This document shows, in pieces, positions 40,854 to 49,208 of a stretch of DNA of 64,000 nt (within the stretch, counting starts at the first letter, position 1; each line of letters opens with the position of its first letter). The stretch lies in IMG/VR virus record IMGVR_UViG_3300028591_000071; one strand, given 5' to 3'. Source of the DNA: a virus. Lineage: Duplodnaviria > Caudoviricetes. Both the position numbers and the translations under genes were made by a program. Below the pieces are notes generated by a model. It saw only the letters and a list, made by a program, of their open reading frames with translations, searched no databases and was not told where the DNA came from.

Positions 40854-41432
40854 ATGAACCAACTTTCACAAACACAGGCGAATGTAGAATGGACGAAATT
40901 CTACGGAAAATTTGATGAACTTGGCTTAACCAAGTTTTATGATATGGATAAACTGCAGGAGGAAATGATTGAATCTCCCTGCACTACAAACGAAGATGCG
41001 GGAACCGCTTATAAGGGTGCTCTTCTCATGCACATTATTATGGTAATGGGTCTTTCTCAGCGTATTGCAAAGATGATTTCAGGAACATTCTCAATTGACG
41101 AAAATTCGCTGATGAAGGTATGTATGCTCATGCATCTTTCAAAGCGCCACATGTTCGAGGAATCGACGAATGATTGGGATATCAAAAGAGGTTATCCGTT
41201 CAAGTTCAAGGAAACGGGAGGAGTACTCAGTACGGGAGAAAGAAGTATTCTTGAAGCGATGAACAACGGTGTTAAATTCACACAGGAAGAGTTTGAAGCG
41301 ATGCGTGCGATGGATAACGACGATGCTTCAAAGAAACCGTTCCAAGGAATTATGACAACCGTTATCCGTCAGGCGAATGAACTCGCATATTCAATCGAAA
41401 AGGAAAGATATAAGAAGATAAAGAATCAGTAA
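40854..41432 (+). CDS. HD-domain-like protein with degenerate HD motif
   Basis: AYKGALLMH..LMHLSK..GERS..EEFEAMR pattern; His-Leu replaces His-Asp. Confidence 0.6.
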   Translation: MNQLSQTQANVEWTKFYGKFDELGLTKFYDMDKLQEEMIESPCTTNEDAGTAYKGALLMHIIMVMGLSQRIAKMISGTFSIDENSLMKVCMLMHLSKRHMFEESTNDWDIKRGYPFKFKETGGVLSTGERSILEAMNNGVKFTQEEFEAMRAMDNDDASKKPFQGIMTTVIRQANELAYSIEKERYKKIKNQ

Positions 41433-41932
41433 TGAAAGTTAAATTCAAGAAATTAAGGGAGAATGCTAAACTCCCAACCAAGGCACACGATGATGATTTC
41501 TGTTATGATGTATATGCTTGTGACTGTGAGGAAGTAGCACCGAATGTCTATAAGTATCCGCTCGGTTTCGCATTACAGATTGATGAAGATGAAAGAATGT
41601 CATTTCCGGAAGGAATACCTCATCTAACTAAGGAAATATGCATAAACATGAGCCATAGGGCAATCCTTTCCATTGATTTCCGTCCGAGAAGTTCAGTGTG
41701 GAAGACAGGAATGGTTCTCTGCAACTCTTGCGGAACCGTTGACAGGGGATATACCGGAGAGGTTTGCGCATTTTTCTATCATGTAATGCCCGATATGCCA
41801 AAATATGAAGTTGGCGACAGGGTGGCACAGATGAAGATTGGATTCACCGTGCCGATTGAATTTGTTGAGGTTGAAGAACTTGATGAAACAGAACGCGGAG
41901 ACGGAGGATTTGGAAGCACGGGTAAGAAATAA
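41432..41932 (+). CDS. dut: Trimeric dUTPase
   Basis: RPRSS, GTVDRGYTGE, GDRVAQ, RGDGGFGSTG. Confidence 0.95.
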   Translation: MKVKFKKLRENAKLPTKAHDDDFCYDVYACDCEEVAPNVYKYPLGFALQIDEDERMSFPEGIPHLTKEICINMSHRAILSIDFRPRSSVWKTGMVLCNSCGTVDRGYTGEVCAFFYHVMPDMPKYEVGDRVAQMKIGFTVPIEFVEVEELDETERGDGGFGSTGKK

Positions 41933-41964
41933 AAACGGAGCAGTTATCTGCCCCGTTTTTTTTT
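41931..41964 (+). terminator. Terminator after dut; its T-tract is the insertion target
   Basis: AAAAACGGAGCAG..CTGCCCCG followed by T9. Confidence 0.8.
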
Positions 41965-41989
41965 GGAACTATATACCTGTTGTCCACAA
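41965..41989 (+). repeat. Left terminal inverted repeat GGAACTATATACCTGTTGTCCACAA
   Basis: Exact reverse complement at 43227-43251. Confidence 0.95.
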
Positions 41990-42057
41990 AAGTAATGTAA
42001 CTAATTGAAAATAATACAAAAAAGTCCGGAATTATCCCTTTTAGTGTTGCAAGAATT

Positions 42058-42223
42058 ATGGATTTTTATGGATGAATTTTGTTTCCGCATGAACCATCGC
42101 AAGGTTGAGGACGGATTTGCAAGCCTTATGAGATTGTCTGTTGTGGTAAAAATAAAAAACCCCACATTATATAGGGCGCGAATACGCCCGCCAATAATAG
42201 GGGTATATGCAAATATACTATAA
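42058..42223 (+). pseudogene. IS1595-family transposase remnant (C-terminal fragment)
   Basis: MDEFCFRMNHRK matches the family's YLDEFxFRxN motif; rest of the DDE domain is absent. Confidence 0.7.
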
Positions 42224-42285
42224 ATATTCCTTATTTCCAAATAATTCAAAAAAAAAAGGAACTATTTATAGATAAATGCAAATAT

Positions 42286-42741
42286 ATGATTAACCCTTCA
42301 GAAACAGATACAGTATCTGCCAATTTTATCATAAAAGACCCTCGTAATGACATCCCACAGAATATTAGTGGAGATAAGATTGCCATGCCTGCCACATCCT
42401 CAAATTATGGTGCAGACTATGTTTCAGAATGTAAACAAACAATCCAACTTAATGAATCTGACTTAAGAATGATGGTTCAAGAATGTGTAAGAAGAATTAT
42501 AACTGAAGAATCATACAAGCCTATAGCACACAATAAAACTATCAAACTACCCAATGGTGTGGAGGTAAAGTCTTTAGTTACTTTATCTGACGGTGCTGGT
42601 AGGTTTGATATTTATGAGGATGATGGCTGTTATGTGGTGAGAAACAGGAATCGTGATGGAGACAAAGACAGCCATCCGTGGTACATCTTTCCTGAACTAC
42701 TGTCTGCACTTAAGAAACTACCTAATCTTCCACTACGGTAG
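42286..42741 (+). CDS. Passenger protein with L-x-E helix motif, behind phage late promoter
   Basis: IQLNESDLRMMVQECVRRIITE; AACTATTTATA at 42260-42270. Confidence 0.75.
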   Translation: MINPSETDTVSANFIIKDPRNDIPQNISGDKIAMPATSSNYGADYVSECKQTIQLNESDLRMMVQECVRRIITEESYKPIAHNKTIKLPNGVEVKSLVTLSDGAGRFDIYEDDGCYVVRNRNRDGDKDSHPWYIFPELLSALKKLPNLPLR

Positions 42742-43153
42742 TTTTTCTATTACCAATCTCTTTGTTCTCTTTCTCATTGACCTTGAAGAAATATTGAGCT
42801 AGTATTTCTGACTCTACTATTTTAGGGTCTTCATTCTCTTCACATGTGTATAGTGCAAGATAGTCAGGTTTATATTTGCTTATCTTGGGGAACTTATCAT
42901 GTTCATGTGGGCGGTCATCAAAATCATCTGACTTCCCAAGATAAACTAAAGAATGATTGCACTTCATCCAACTATTCCCATTGTCAACAATACCTTCAAC
43001 CTTTGCAATGCACTTTGAGAAAGAATAGATTCCTTTCCCACCAGTTGTATCTAACGGTTCATCAAATGAAAACCCCTCAATAGAGTATAGTTGAAACTTT
43101 TTCCCACACATTGTGTAAGTGCGACCTTCAAGTTTTTGGGGAATGAATGACAT
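42722..43153 (-). CDS. GIY-YIG-like nuclease domain protein (passenger)
   Basis: GIYSF...VYLGKS...RPHEH...VESEIL...N pattern. Confidence 0.65.
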   Translation of the reverse strand: MSFIPQKLEGRTYTMCGKKFQLYSIEGFSFDEPLDTTGGKGIYSFSKCIAKVEGIVDNGNSWMKCNHSLVYLGKSDDFDDRPHEHDKFPKISKYKPDYLALYTCEENEDPKIVESEILAQYFFKVNEKENKEIGNRKTTVVED

Positions 43154-43226
43154 AATTGTTGCTTTTTGGGCAAATATAATGAAAAACCACAGAAGATATA
43201 ATCAACTGTGGTTTTGTATATTCATA

Positions 43227-43251
43227 TTGTGGACAACAGGTATATAGTTCC
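43227..43251 (-). repeat. Right terminal inverted repeat
   Basis: TTGTGGACAACAGGTATATAGTTCC followed by T9. Confidence 0.95.
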
Positions 43252-43258
43252 TTTTTTT

Positions 43259-43927
43259 TTATTTTATTGTCGTTATGTAGTTCTTAATAGCGTTTGCGAC
43301 CGCTTCTTTAATTATTCCTTCATTTATTTCAGGATGATTTCGTTTGTATTCACCAAGCGCTGCCGCTACTAATTGTCCGTCGGCTTTGCTCATAAGCCGT
43401 CCGTTTGTTACCTGTGCTTGAATGTCGGCAACAGGCCTCGCTTGTTTTGGCTGAAAACCTCTTTTAGTCGCTGCAGGTTGTGCTTGTGGAGCGGTTTGTG
43501 CCACATCGGGATTTCCTGTAGGTTCAATTTGATTCTGTTGCTGTGGTACGGATTGTCCCTGTGTGTTCTGTTGCCTGCCTTGAGTTGTTTGCCCAGCCTT
43601 ATCCCTTGTCCACTGCCTTGCGTTAGCATTTCTTGTTACAGTATTATTATATCGTTGAGCGGCATATTCTTGTCCATTAAGATTTCTGAATTCATCTCCG
43701 TTATTGTATTTGGAGTATGGGTCGTAATTCATATTTTGATATCTCTGATAATTTCTTCCGGCATTGAAATCTCCCTTGAAATTATTCCACTTATTTCTCG
43801 CCCATTGATAAGCGTTTCCAAGGGTATGTCCAAGACCCTCGTCTTCCATTGCTTCGTTAATGGCTTCAATTATACTTTCTTTTATGATGCGATTAAGTCT
43901 TTCTTCGCTTATAACAACTTTTGCCAT
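43259..43927 (-). CDS. Hypothetical late protein with L/I-x-E helices at both ends
   Basis: VISEERLNRIIKESIIEAINE and INEGIIKEAV; Gln/Asn-rich middle. Confidence 0.8.
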   Translation of the reverse strand: MAKVVISEERLNRIIKESIIEAINEAMEDEGLGHTLGNAYQWARNKWNNFKGDFNAGRNYQRYQNMNYDPYSKYNNGDEFRNLNGQEYAAQRYNNTVTRNANARQWTRDKAGQTTQGRQQNTQGQSVPQQQNQIEPTGNPDVAQTAPQAQPAATKRGFQPKQARPVADIQAQVTNGRLMSKADGQLVAAALGEYKRNHPEINEGIIKEAVANAIKNYITTIK

Positions 43928-44018
43928 ATTACCACATTTTTATACAAATAAATATCTTGGAAGACCAAAATAGTTGACTTTATGCCGTTATTTTTTATTT
44001 TTCTAATAAAATACTACT

Positions 44019-44240
44019 ATGGAGAAAGCGGATATTTCCAAAGTGTCACTCGGTGACCTTGTCAATTACGAAAAACTTATCAAAAGCGTAATACTGAGTT
44101 ACGAAAACAGCATAAAGATGTATGACGGTTCAATTAAGACCGATAATATTGAATATCAGAAATATGAGAGACTTAACAAGATATATAAGAAAATCCTTGT
44201 TGAGTCAGAAAAAAGGATTTTGGAAACATGGGAAAAGTAG
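44019..44240 (+). CDS. Hypothetical protein
   Basis: 73-aa ORF after a TTGACT promoter-like site. Confidence 0.7.
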   Translation: MEKADISKVSLGDLVNYEKLIKSVILSYENSIKMYDGSIKTDNIEYQKYERLNKIYKKILVESEKRILETWEK

Positions 44241-45232
44241 GAACCAACCTGAAATTACTTATACATTCCCTCTTCTACGGAATGAAATCTGCCGACGACC
44301 TGATGCAGACTCAGGCGAGCGACGGAGATTCCATCATTGTTCAGCAACAAATTGGCGGAGGCGGAGTATTCGCAGATATGCTTGAGCAGAAACTGACTAA
44401 GGAAGTCGAGGAAATCCGCGACAAGCATTACCGCGTTCTTAAGGAGGCCGATAAATATTCAGCAAAGGATATGACGCTTGAAGAAGTTGAAATAATAAAC
44501 GAAAGCGGACAGCCCGAGACCGTTCTTGTGTTTTCAGGAAATGTGAAAAAAAAGACAAAGGAAGACTTTATGAAGCATGCATCCGTTTTCGAGAAAGAGG
44601 GTAACTATCTTTTAAGGGTTATTCAGGACAACAAGCAATACGAGAAGCAGTCAAGTTTCAACAATGTGTACATCCCAACCGGCCTTTACGACTATGATGT
44701 TCTTTTGACGATAGAACGAAACGGGATAATCCCAAGGTTCGAGATAGAGAAATTCGTGAAGAAGATTGTTGTCAGGAATAAGATTGGAACAGACCGTGCC
44801 GAGGTTGATTTATATCTTCCGTCAGAAGCCGGTCAGTTTTCAAAGACTGACGCAATTCTAATTTCAAACCTTTTTGCAATGTTTGAGTCTAAGAACTTGA
44901 AATCGGACATAACGGATTTTTGTGGGATACAATGGAACTGCGATAAAGCGTGGAACGCGGATGACCTATGCTTATTCAAATATGACGATGTTAAGCCGTT
45001 GGAGATAAATGTCTTTGACGGAAATTTCGTTATCACATTTGATTGTCATATAGTAGAAGACGGGACTGACATAACAGAAAAGTTTAAGACAAAAGACCTC
45101 GACGAAAAATATGAGAAGAAGGCAACCAAGCAGAAAGCCACGGACCTTTTCACGGCGAAGAGAAGAATAGACAGGGAAGAAAAAGAGGAGATTGATTTGA
45201 ATAACATGGGCGACACAACGCTTCAATTATAA
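44228..45232 (+). CDS. Hypothetical protein
   Basis: 334-aa ORF in operon. Confidence 0.8.
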   Translation: MGKVGTNLKLLIHSLFYGMKSADDLMQTQASDGDSIIVQQQIGGGGVFADMLEQKLTKEVEEIRDKHYRVLKEADKYSAKDMTLEEVEIINESGQPETVLVFSGNVKKKTKEDFMKHASVFEKEGNYLLRVIQDNKQYEKQSSFNNVYIPTGLYDYDVLLTIERNGIIPRFEIEKFVKKIVVRNKIGTDRAEVDLYLPSEAGQFSKTDAILISNLFAMFESKNLKSDITDFCGIQWNCDKAWNADDLCLFKYDDVKPLEINVFDGNFVITFDCHIVEDGTDITEKFKTKDLDEKYEKKATKQKATDLFTAKRRIDREEKEEIDLNNMGDTTLQL

Positions 45233-45243
45233 AATTAGAAAAG

Positions 45244-45837
45244 ATGAAGATAGCAATAGATTTGAATGATGTTGTGAGAGATTTCTCCAACAATTTTGTG
45301 AGATATTATATTGAAGGGTACGACCATGAGTTTGACCTTTCAAACTTTGAGTTTTGGGACCAAGACCCTCAGGCAGTGTTTCCATTTAAGAGCAAACAGT
45401 CATATTATAATTTCGTTTATAATGATTTTGCTTTTGAACTTTATGGGAAGTGCGGATTCTGTACAAAGAACATAGTGCCAGAATTGAACGATTGGACCGA
45501 AAAAACAATAAAGGAACTTGATGTTGATGAGGACATTGAAGTTATGTTCGTATCTCCGTTTGAATATGGCCTGTCAATTGGCAATACCTATTATTTCATT
45601 TCAAAGATGGGAACGAAGGTAAGGGAAGTGTATCTTCCAACAGATTCAACTACGATATGGGATAAGTGCGATGTGCTTATCACTGCAAATCCGAAACTTC
45701 TCGCGTCAAAGCCTGAAGGTAAGGTAAGCATAAAAATAAAAGCCGATTATAATGGTGAATCAGAAGCGGACTATACATACAAAGACCTTAGTTCGTTCAT
45801 TACTAATACGGAAAACTTAGAAAAATTGATTGGCTGA
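45244..45837 (+). CDS. HAD-superfamily 5'(3')-deoxyribonucleotidase-like protein
   Basis: MKIAIDLNDVVRDF (variant DxD), CDVLI..NP. Confidence 0.65.
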   Translation: MKIAIDLNDVVRDFSNNFVRYYIEGYDHEFDLSNFEFWDQDPQAVFPFKSKQSYYNFVYNDFAFELYGKCGFCTKNIVPELNDWTEKTIKELDVDEDIEVMFVSPFEYGLSIGNTYYFISKMGTKVREVYLPTDSTTIWDKCDVLITANPKLLASKPEGKVSIKIKADYNGESEADYTYKDLSSFITNTENLEKLIG

Positions 45838-45838
45838 T

Positions 45839-46204
45839 ATGATTAGGAAACAAACACAGAAATACATAAAGTTTGATAAACGAGCTTTTGTAATTGACCT
45901 TGATGCGTTCAAGGCCGTATGCACTCCGTCAACAAAGGAACTTGGGACAAGAGAGTATGAAATATCACAGATATACGAGAGTGCTGATAACGGAGAGTTA
46001 AATCTTTCGCAAAAAGTCGAACACGAGACGAAGGGCAACGGAAATCCGCAAAACGACATGATTGTTTATGATGTTGTGAAAATGCTCATTGTTTCATTAC
46101 TTGAAAACGACAAAATTGAAGCCGAGTTCGAATATGACTTTGGAACGGTATTCGCAATAAATACCCTGCTATCATGGGGAGTATTAAAGGAAATAAATGA
46201 ATAA
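45839..46204 (+). CDS. Hypothetical protein
   Basis: ORF in operon. Confidence 0.75.
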   Translation: MIRKQTQKYIKFDKRAFVIDLDAFKAVCTPSTKELGTREYEISQIYESADNGELNLSQKVEHETKGNGNPQNDMIVYDVVKMLIVSLLENDKIEAEFEYDFGTVFAINTLLSWGVLKEINE

Positions 46205-46215
46205 TAGATAGAAGT

Positions 46216-47310
46216 ATGACTAAAGAAGAAAAAATCAAAGTGGTTGAAGAGAACATAGAAAGAATCGAGAAGAATGATTTTTCAATCTATTTCTTTGTTC
46301 TTGACACGAAGGGAAATCCTTCAAGTGCTCTTGAGTACATTTACGGAACTGCACTTGAACTTAGCAAAGCCGGATACAATGTCAAACTCCTTCACAATGA
46401 AAAGGATTTTGTTGGCGTAGGAGATTGGCTTGGAGAGGAATATGCAAACCTTCCGCACGCAAATGTAGAAAAGGAAAATGTTGAGATAACGGCAAGCGAT
46501 TTCTTGTTTATTCCTGAAATTTTTGCCAATGTCATGATGCAGACCATAAAACTTCCTTGCAAGAGGGTTATTTTGGTTCAGAACGCTGATAACATCACTG
46601 AGTTCATGCCCGTTTCTCAGGATTTGGACAGACTTGGAATCACAGATGCTATTGTAACTACGAAGTTGAACGAGGAAAAACTTACCACATATTTTCCTGG
46701 AGTAAGAACGCACCTTGTTCAGCCTGCAATCAAGAGCATGTTCCACAGAGATGATAAACCACAGAATCTTATTATCAATGTCGTTGCAAAGGACCAGACA
46801 ATCGTCAACAGGATAGTGAAGCCGTTCTATTGGAAGAATCCTGTTTATAAGTTCGTATCGTTCAGAGACCTCAGGGGCGTTACTCAGGAAGTGTTTGCAG
46901 AAGCGCTCAGGGATGCAGCCGTTACGATATGGGTTGATGACGAAACCCCATTCGGATATACGCTATTGGAAAGCCTTAAGAGCGGAAGCATCGTTCTTGC
47001 AAAGGTTCCTGACAAGCCGACAGATTGGATGCTTGATGCAGATGGCAATCTTTCTGAATCAATCATATGGTTCGACGATGTTGATGCTGTTTCAGACATG
47101 ATTTCTTCAGTGGTCAGAAGTTGGACAAGGTTTGAAATTCCAAACGAAATCTATGAGGCGCAGAAAGCATTCGACGACCTATACACCGAGGATGTTCAGG
47201 CGAACATAATCAAACAAGTTTACGGGAAGGAATTGATTGAAAGAAGGCTCAATGATTTCAAGGAAGTACTTGCCGAGTTGAAAAATAATAATGAAGAAGA
47301 AAATGACTAA
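46216..47310 (+). CDS. Glycosyltransferase-like protein (GT-B)
   Basis: L.KAGYNV, DFLFIPE, DETPFGYTLLESLKSG (E-x7-E-like). Confidence 0.7.
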   Translation: MTKEEKIKVVEENIERIEKNDFSIYFFVLDTKGNPSSALEYIYGTALELSKAGYNVKLLHNEKDFVGVGDWLGEEYANLPHANVEKENVEITASDFLFIPEIFANVMMQTIKLPCKRVILVQNADNITEFMPVSQDLDRLGITDAIVTTKLNEEKLTTYFPGVRTHLVQPAIKSMFHRDDKPQNLIINVVAKDQTIVNRIVKPFYWKNPVYKFVSFRDLRGVTQEVFAEALRDAAVTIWVDDETPFGYTLLESLKSGSIVLAKVPDKPTDWMLDADGNLSESIIWFDDVDAVSDMISSVVRSWTRFEIPNEIYEAQKAFDDLYTEDVQANIIKQVYGKELIERRLNDFKEVLAELKNNNEEEND

Positions 47311-47313
47311 GAG

Positions 47314-48072
47314 ATGAAGGATATAACTTTTATTTTCCCGTTATTTGAATTGAACACAAAGGAAAAAGTCGAAAGGTTAAACGCGGCGGTTAAGAGTCTT
47401 GGAAAGTCAGCAAAGAACATTATCTTCGTAGGCTCAAAGGAAGACTTGGAGGCTGCCCCTAATAAAGGCGACAAACTTGAAAATACAACAGAAGATTTTT
47501 CATACGCCAATCAGGTTATGCTTGCAGTAAAGGTCGTTAAAACGAAATACTTCAGCGTAATAGAACAAGATGATGAAGCGAATGAAAAGTGGTTTAATTA
47601 TCTTAACGAATATTTCAAGACCGATAACGATGAGATTTTTGCTTATCTTCCGCTGACAGAAATTGTTGATAACACTGATGGCAAAACCATTGGATATGCA
47701 AACGAGCCGTTTTGGGCCACATCATTCTCTGAGAATGTAGGATTCTTGGACCTACCGTCAATGGAGGATTATGTTGGATTCAATGTATCCGGTGCAGTAT
47801 TCAAGACGAGTGAATTCTTGGCACTTGGCGGCCTCAAGACTTCAATGAAACTTACATTTTGGTATGAATTCATACTTAGGGCCCTTTACAAGATGAAGAA
47901 GATGTTCGTTGTACCGAGAGTCGGTTACTATCATAAAATAAATGTGGATGACAGCCTTTCAAGCAAGTATGCCGCTTCAATGTCAGAGAAAGAGGCAGAA
48001 TGGTGGCTTGAACTCGCAAAGAAGGAGTATTTCTTCCCACAAGACAGAAACAAGACATACGAAGAAGAATAA
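47314..48072 (+). CDS. Glycosyltransferase-like protein (GT-A/GT2)
   Basis: ITFIFP, VKTKYFSVIEQDD, F..LGG, VPRVGYYH. Confidence 0.7.
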   Translation: MKDITFIFPLFELNTKEKVERLNAAVKSLGKSAKNIIFVGSKEDLEAAPNKGDKLENTTEDFSYANQVMLAVKVVKTKYFSVIEQDDEANEKWFNYLNEYFKTDNDEIFAYLPLTEIVDNTDGKTIGYANEPFWATSFSENVGFLDLPSMEDYVGFNVSGAVFKTSEFLALGGLKTSMKLTFWYEFILRALYKMKKMFVVPRVGYYHKINVDDSLSSKYAASMSEKEAEWWLELAKKEYFFPQDRNKTYEEE

Positions 48073-48205
48073 GCACAATGCAAATGGGGGATTTCGTATC
48101 CCCCTTTTGGACATCATTGGTAAGGCTCTTCTAAAGGGTGTTTTGAGGAAAGTGCGCGTATCGCGCAGATAGGATGTTCGCGGAGTGGAATAATACCGCG
48201 TTCTA

Positions 48206-49174
48206 ATGGCAAAAAGAGGAAGAAAACCGAAAGAGGAAAGGAAAGGTTATTTTTACGAAGAAGAAGAAAATGCAATAGTAAGATATGTAAACGAAACGGA
48301 CGAATCGGAAAAGAATAAGATATTCAATACAATTTTGTATCCCGCATTGACGAAGATGATTGAATCAATTATAAGGAGATATAAATTGTTTGTTCCAGAC
48401 GAGGAGTTTGAACAGAATTTTAATGATACGATTTCATATCTGTTGACGAAGATAAAACATTTCAGGCCAGTCATAACTGCTTATTTCCCGTATGAAGGTA
48501 ACACAGACGGGATTAATTTTGTTGAAATGAGCAAGGAAGAATTCTCGAAGAAAAGGAGAGATGCCACGAAAGACGACCCGAAATATATAAAAGTAGTAAG
48601 AGGTGATTGGAGAGAAGGACTATACCCAGTAGAAATACAGGTAATCGAAGGAATATTGGAAAAGGAACCCAATTTTTGCGGTCCCCCATTCCGTCTTTAC
48701 AAACTTGAAACAAAACATTATAAGGCATATTCATACTGCGGAACCGTATGCAAAAATTACCTAATGTATAAATGTACGCAGTATAACAAGAAAAGAATGA
48801 GAAATACTCCTTATGATGAAGTGTTTGAAGAAATAAGTAACAGCGAGAGATATACGACTGAGGAAGAAAGTTACTCAACTGTGGCGGAAAGGCTCGTCAA
48901 GGATATATCAAACGAAATAGAGAGGATGATTGAACACCGCGAAGAAAATGAATTATCGGAAGATGAGGTAATCGTAGGAAATGCGTTGGTAAATCTGTTA
49001 CGGAATTGGGAAGACGTACTTCCGTCAGGCGGGAGCAATAAGTTACAGAAAAGTTCGGTCCTTTATTTTTTAAGGGAAGAAACAATGATGACGACAAAAG
49101 AGGTCAGGGATAACATGCGAAAATTCAAAGCGGCCTTTGGGGTATTAAAACAGATGGAATTAGACGATAGATAA
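48206..49174 (+). CDS. Probable phage late sigma factor (gp55-like) with internal insertion
   Basis: LYPALTKMIESII..DTISYLL.K..F and KAYSYCGTVCKNYL resemble sigma region 2. Confidence 0.6.
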   Translation: MAKRGRKPKEERKGYFYEEEENAIVRYVNETDESEKNKIFNTILYPALTKMIESIIRRYKLFVPDEEFEQNFNDTISYLLTKIKHFRPVITAYFPYEGNTDGINFVEMSKEEFSKKRRDATKDDPKYIKVVRGDWREGLYPVEIQVIEGILEKEPNFCGPPFRLYKLETKHYKAYSYCGTVCKNYLMYKCTQYNKKRMRNTPYDEVFEEISNSERYTTEEESYSTVAERLVKDISNEIERMIEHREENELSEDEVIVGNALVNLLRNWEDVLPSGGSNKLQKSSVLYFLREETMMTTKEVRDNMRKFKAAFGVLKQMELDDR

Positions 49175-49208
49175 TTGACTAATCTCTATTTATTTGAAAA
49201 GAAAAGAC

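Larger units (their letters stand above)
41965..43251. mobile_element. Non-autonomous IS1595-family-derived cassette with passenger genes
   Basis: Perfect 25-bp terminal inverted repeats, T9 on both flanks, transposase C-terminal remnant DEFCFRMNHR. Confidence 0.85.

Noticed and set aside
42001-42249. 82-aa minus-strand ORF, and the 42005 TTG-start ORF as a real gene
   Set aside because: Both overlie the transposase remnant, hairpin and promoter; only the DEFCFRMN segment is recognisable.
41965-43251. Invertible (phase-variable) segment instead of a transposon derivative
   Set aside because: Direct T9 flanks, a restorable empty site and a transposase remnant favour insertion; no invertase seen nearby. 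Inversion is not strictly excluded.
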